Below are positions 62,733 through 64,000 of a stretch of 64,000 nucleotides of DNA, one piece after another. A program made the position numbers and the translations under genes. The notes under the pieces were generated by a model. It did not search any database and was not told the DNA's origin. It saw nothing but the letters and a program-made list of their open reading frames with translations. The DNA lies in assembly GCA_035450185.1 (NCBI GenBank), contig DAOTMG010000005.1, forward strand, positions 7,597 to 71,596, written 5' to 3'. Origin of the DNA: Syntrophales bacterium (GTDB lineage: Bacteria > Desulfobacterota > Syntrophia > Syntrophales > UBA2192). Numbering within the stretch: the stretch's first letter is position 1; each line of letters opens with the position of its first letter.

Positions 62733-64000
62733 TCAAGGCTTCTGGGCGGTGAGTTTGTACGCCACGACAACGCTGTTCGTCTTGAGTGTCGCACCGACGG
62801 AGAGAACAATCGCCATGACGATCTCATCCTGCCCGTCATTGTCGATATCCTTGATCTGATAATCCGCAACATAGCCGTTGATCTTCCTCGTCTTCCAGTT
62901 TTCGAGAAGACCGATCCCGTCCCACTCGACATTGTATACTTCGCTCGACACGAAGAGCTTTATTCTCGACATGGTTCCCCCGATGGGGGATATGTTTTTG
63001 ACGAGAATCAGCTCCTTCTTCCCGTCCCCGTTCGTATCATAAGAGACAATCCGGAGATTGATCCACTGGGGAGGGTAATCCCTGTCGAGGGACATCGCCT
63101 TCACGGGCATTTCGATGTAATTGTTGCTCCCGCCGAAGGTGCTGTCGCTCTTGAAAAGAAACTCCGGGGCCCCGCCGAAGATGCTCAACTTGTCGAGAGA
63201 CTTCTCCGTTTTTTCATAGATGCGCAGGTAATCCAGATCATCCAGGCAGATCACCCTTTCGGGCCTTCCCGGTTCGACCACATCCAGGGTCAGTCCGTAA
63301 ACGGGGAGTCCTTCCGGTATTTTCATCCGGCGCCCTTCTTTGTATTTGCCGTTGGACCAGACGGCTTCGTGAATGGGGTTGCGGAACATGAACTGCGAGT
63401 TGAACATGCTTCCCGTGTACCCGGTCATGTCGATCTGCATCTCCTGGCACAGCAGAACCGGGCCGTCGGCCGTGTGAACGACCCGCATGAACCACCGGAG
63501 ACCCGAGGCGATCTTCTCGTATTTCCCGTCCCGGTATTCCAGAACGAAGGACTCCAGGTGGTCGAAGTTCCAGTTCGTCACAAAGATCTCGGGGATGCCG
63601 TTTCCGTTGATGTCGGCCACGTCGACGGAGATGTACTTTTCCGTCTTGGTCCCCGTGATCTTGTTGAGCAGGAGCAGCTCATTCCCCTTCCTTTGATAGA
63701 TCATCACGCTGTTGATATCGATAATGACCACTTCGTTGAGTCCGTCGTTATTGACGTCGCCGATATCCATCCCCCGGAACTCCGTGCCGTACTTCGGGCT
63801 CATCCAGAAGCCCCTTCTGTCGTCCGGTTTACCGGAGTGAATGAAGTCCGGGTTGATGGCGGCCGTATAAGTCCCCCGTCCCCTCTGCATTCCCGTGATG
63901 ACTTCGGTCTCGCTTTTCGGGACGCCGGCCATGCCGGGTGCCGCCGCAGCGGTTCCCGCCGCGGCCGGAGCGGCGGCGGGAACGCCCGCCGGTGCGGCCG
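62733..64000 (-). CDS. FG-GAP/VCBS-repeat protein, 5' end outside the window
   Basis: Repeated D.N.DG motifs (DIGDVNNDGLNEV, DVADINGNGIPEI, YDTNGDGKKEL, KDIDNDGQDEI). The frame stays open through an Ala/Pro-rich stretch to the window edge. Confidence 0.75.
   Translation of the reverse strand, partial: AAPAGVPAAAPAAAGTAAAAPGMAGVPKSETEVITGMQRGRGTYTAAINPDFIHSGKPDDRRGFWMSPKYGTEFRGMDIGDVNNDGLNEVVIIDINSVMIYQRKGNELLLLNKITGTKTEKYISVDVADINGNGIPEIFVTNWNFDHLESFVLEYRDGKYEKIASGLRWFMRVVHTADGPVLLCQEMQIDMTGYTGSMFNSQFMFRNPIHEAVWSNGKYKEGRRMKIPEGLPVYGLTLDVVEPGRPERVICLDDLDYLRIYEKTEKSLDKLSIFGGAPEFLFKSDSTFGGSNNYIEMPVKAMSLDRDYPPQWINLRIVSYDTNGDGKKELILVKNISPIGGTMSRIKLFVSSEVYNVEWDGIGLLENWKTRKINGYVADYQIKDIDNDGQDEIVMAIVLSVGATLKTNSVVVAYKLTAQKP

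Overview
GC-rich bacterial chromosomal segment, densely coding on both strands: about 57 protein genes and 6 tRNAs. No rRNA, no CRISPR array and no intact mobile element is visible. Most of it is core housekeeping. This includes phoH/ybeY; corC-lnt-prfB; a tig-clpP-clpX-lon block flanked by tRNAs; carB; lysC; tsaE-acpS-folP-ftsH-tilS; Ktr/Trk K+ uptake plus mscL; pdaD-speB; lpxH; lptFG; metK-ahcY; panBCD; rsmA, tsaD, nadB and purB. Gene content and sigma-54 signals suggest a deltaproteobacterium-like (Desulfobacterota) host, but that is only an inference. Many long ORFs in the supplied track are antisense shadows typical of high-GC DNA and were not called. Items worth a second look:
1. A sigma-54-fronted operon of a KamA-type lysine 2,3-aminomutase plus two tandem ATP-grasp ligases, with none of the known beta-lysine partner genes. 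It is divergent from a Cys-rich mini-protein/radical-SAM pair.
2. A conserved leader element followed by an intrinsic terminator, present upstream of both pantothenate operons (riboswitch/attenuator-like, possibly the pan RNA motif).
3. A NifB/NifX-family gene interrupted by one in-frame TGA with a downstream hairpin (selenocysteine candidate).
4. The classical prfB +1 frameshift site.
5. An lnt gene whose conserved N-terminus has no ATG/GTG/TTG start.
6. Unusual domain architectures: YihY-cNMP fusion, NtrC-type regulator with a duplicated Fis HTH, MscL with a zinc-ribbon tail.
7. A decayed IS3 remnant beside the initiator-like tRNA-Met.
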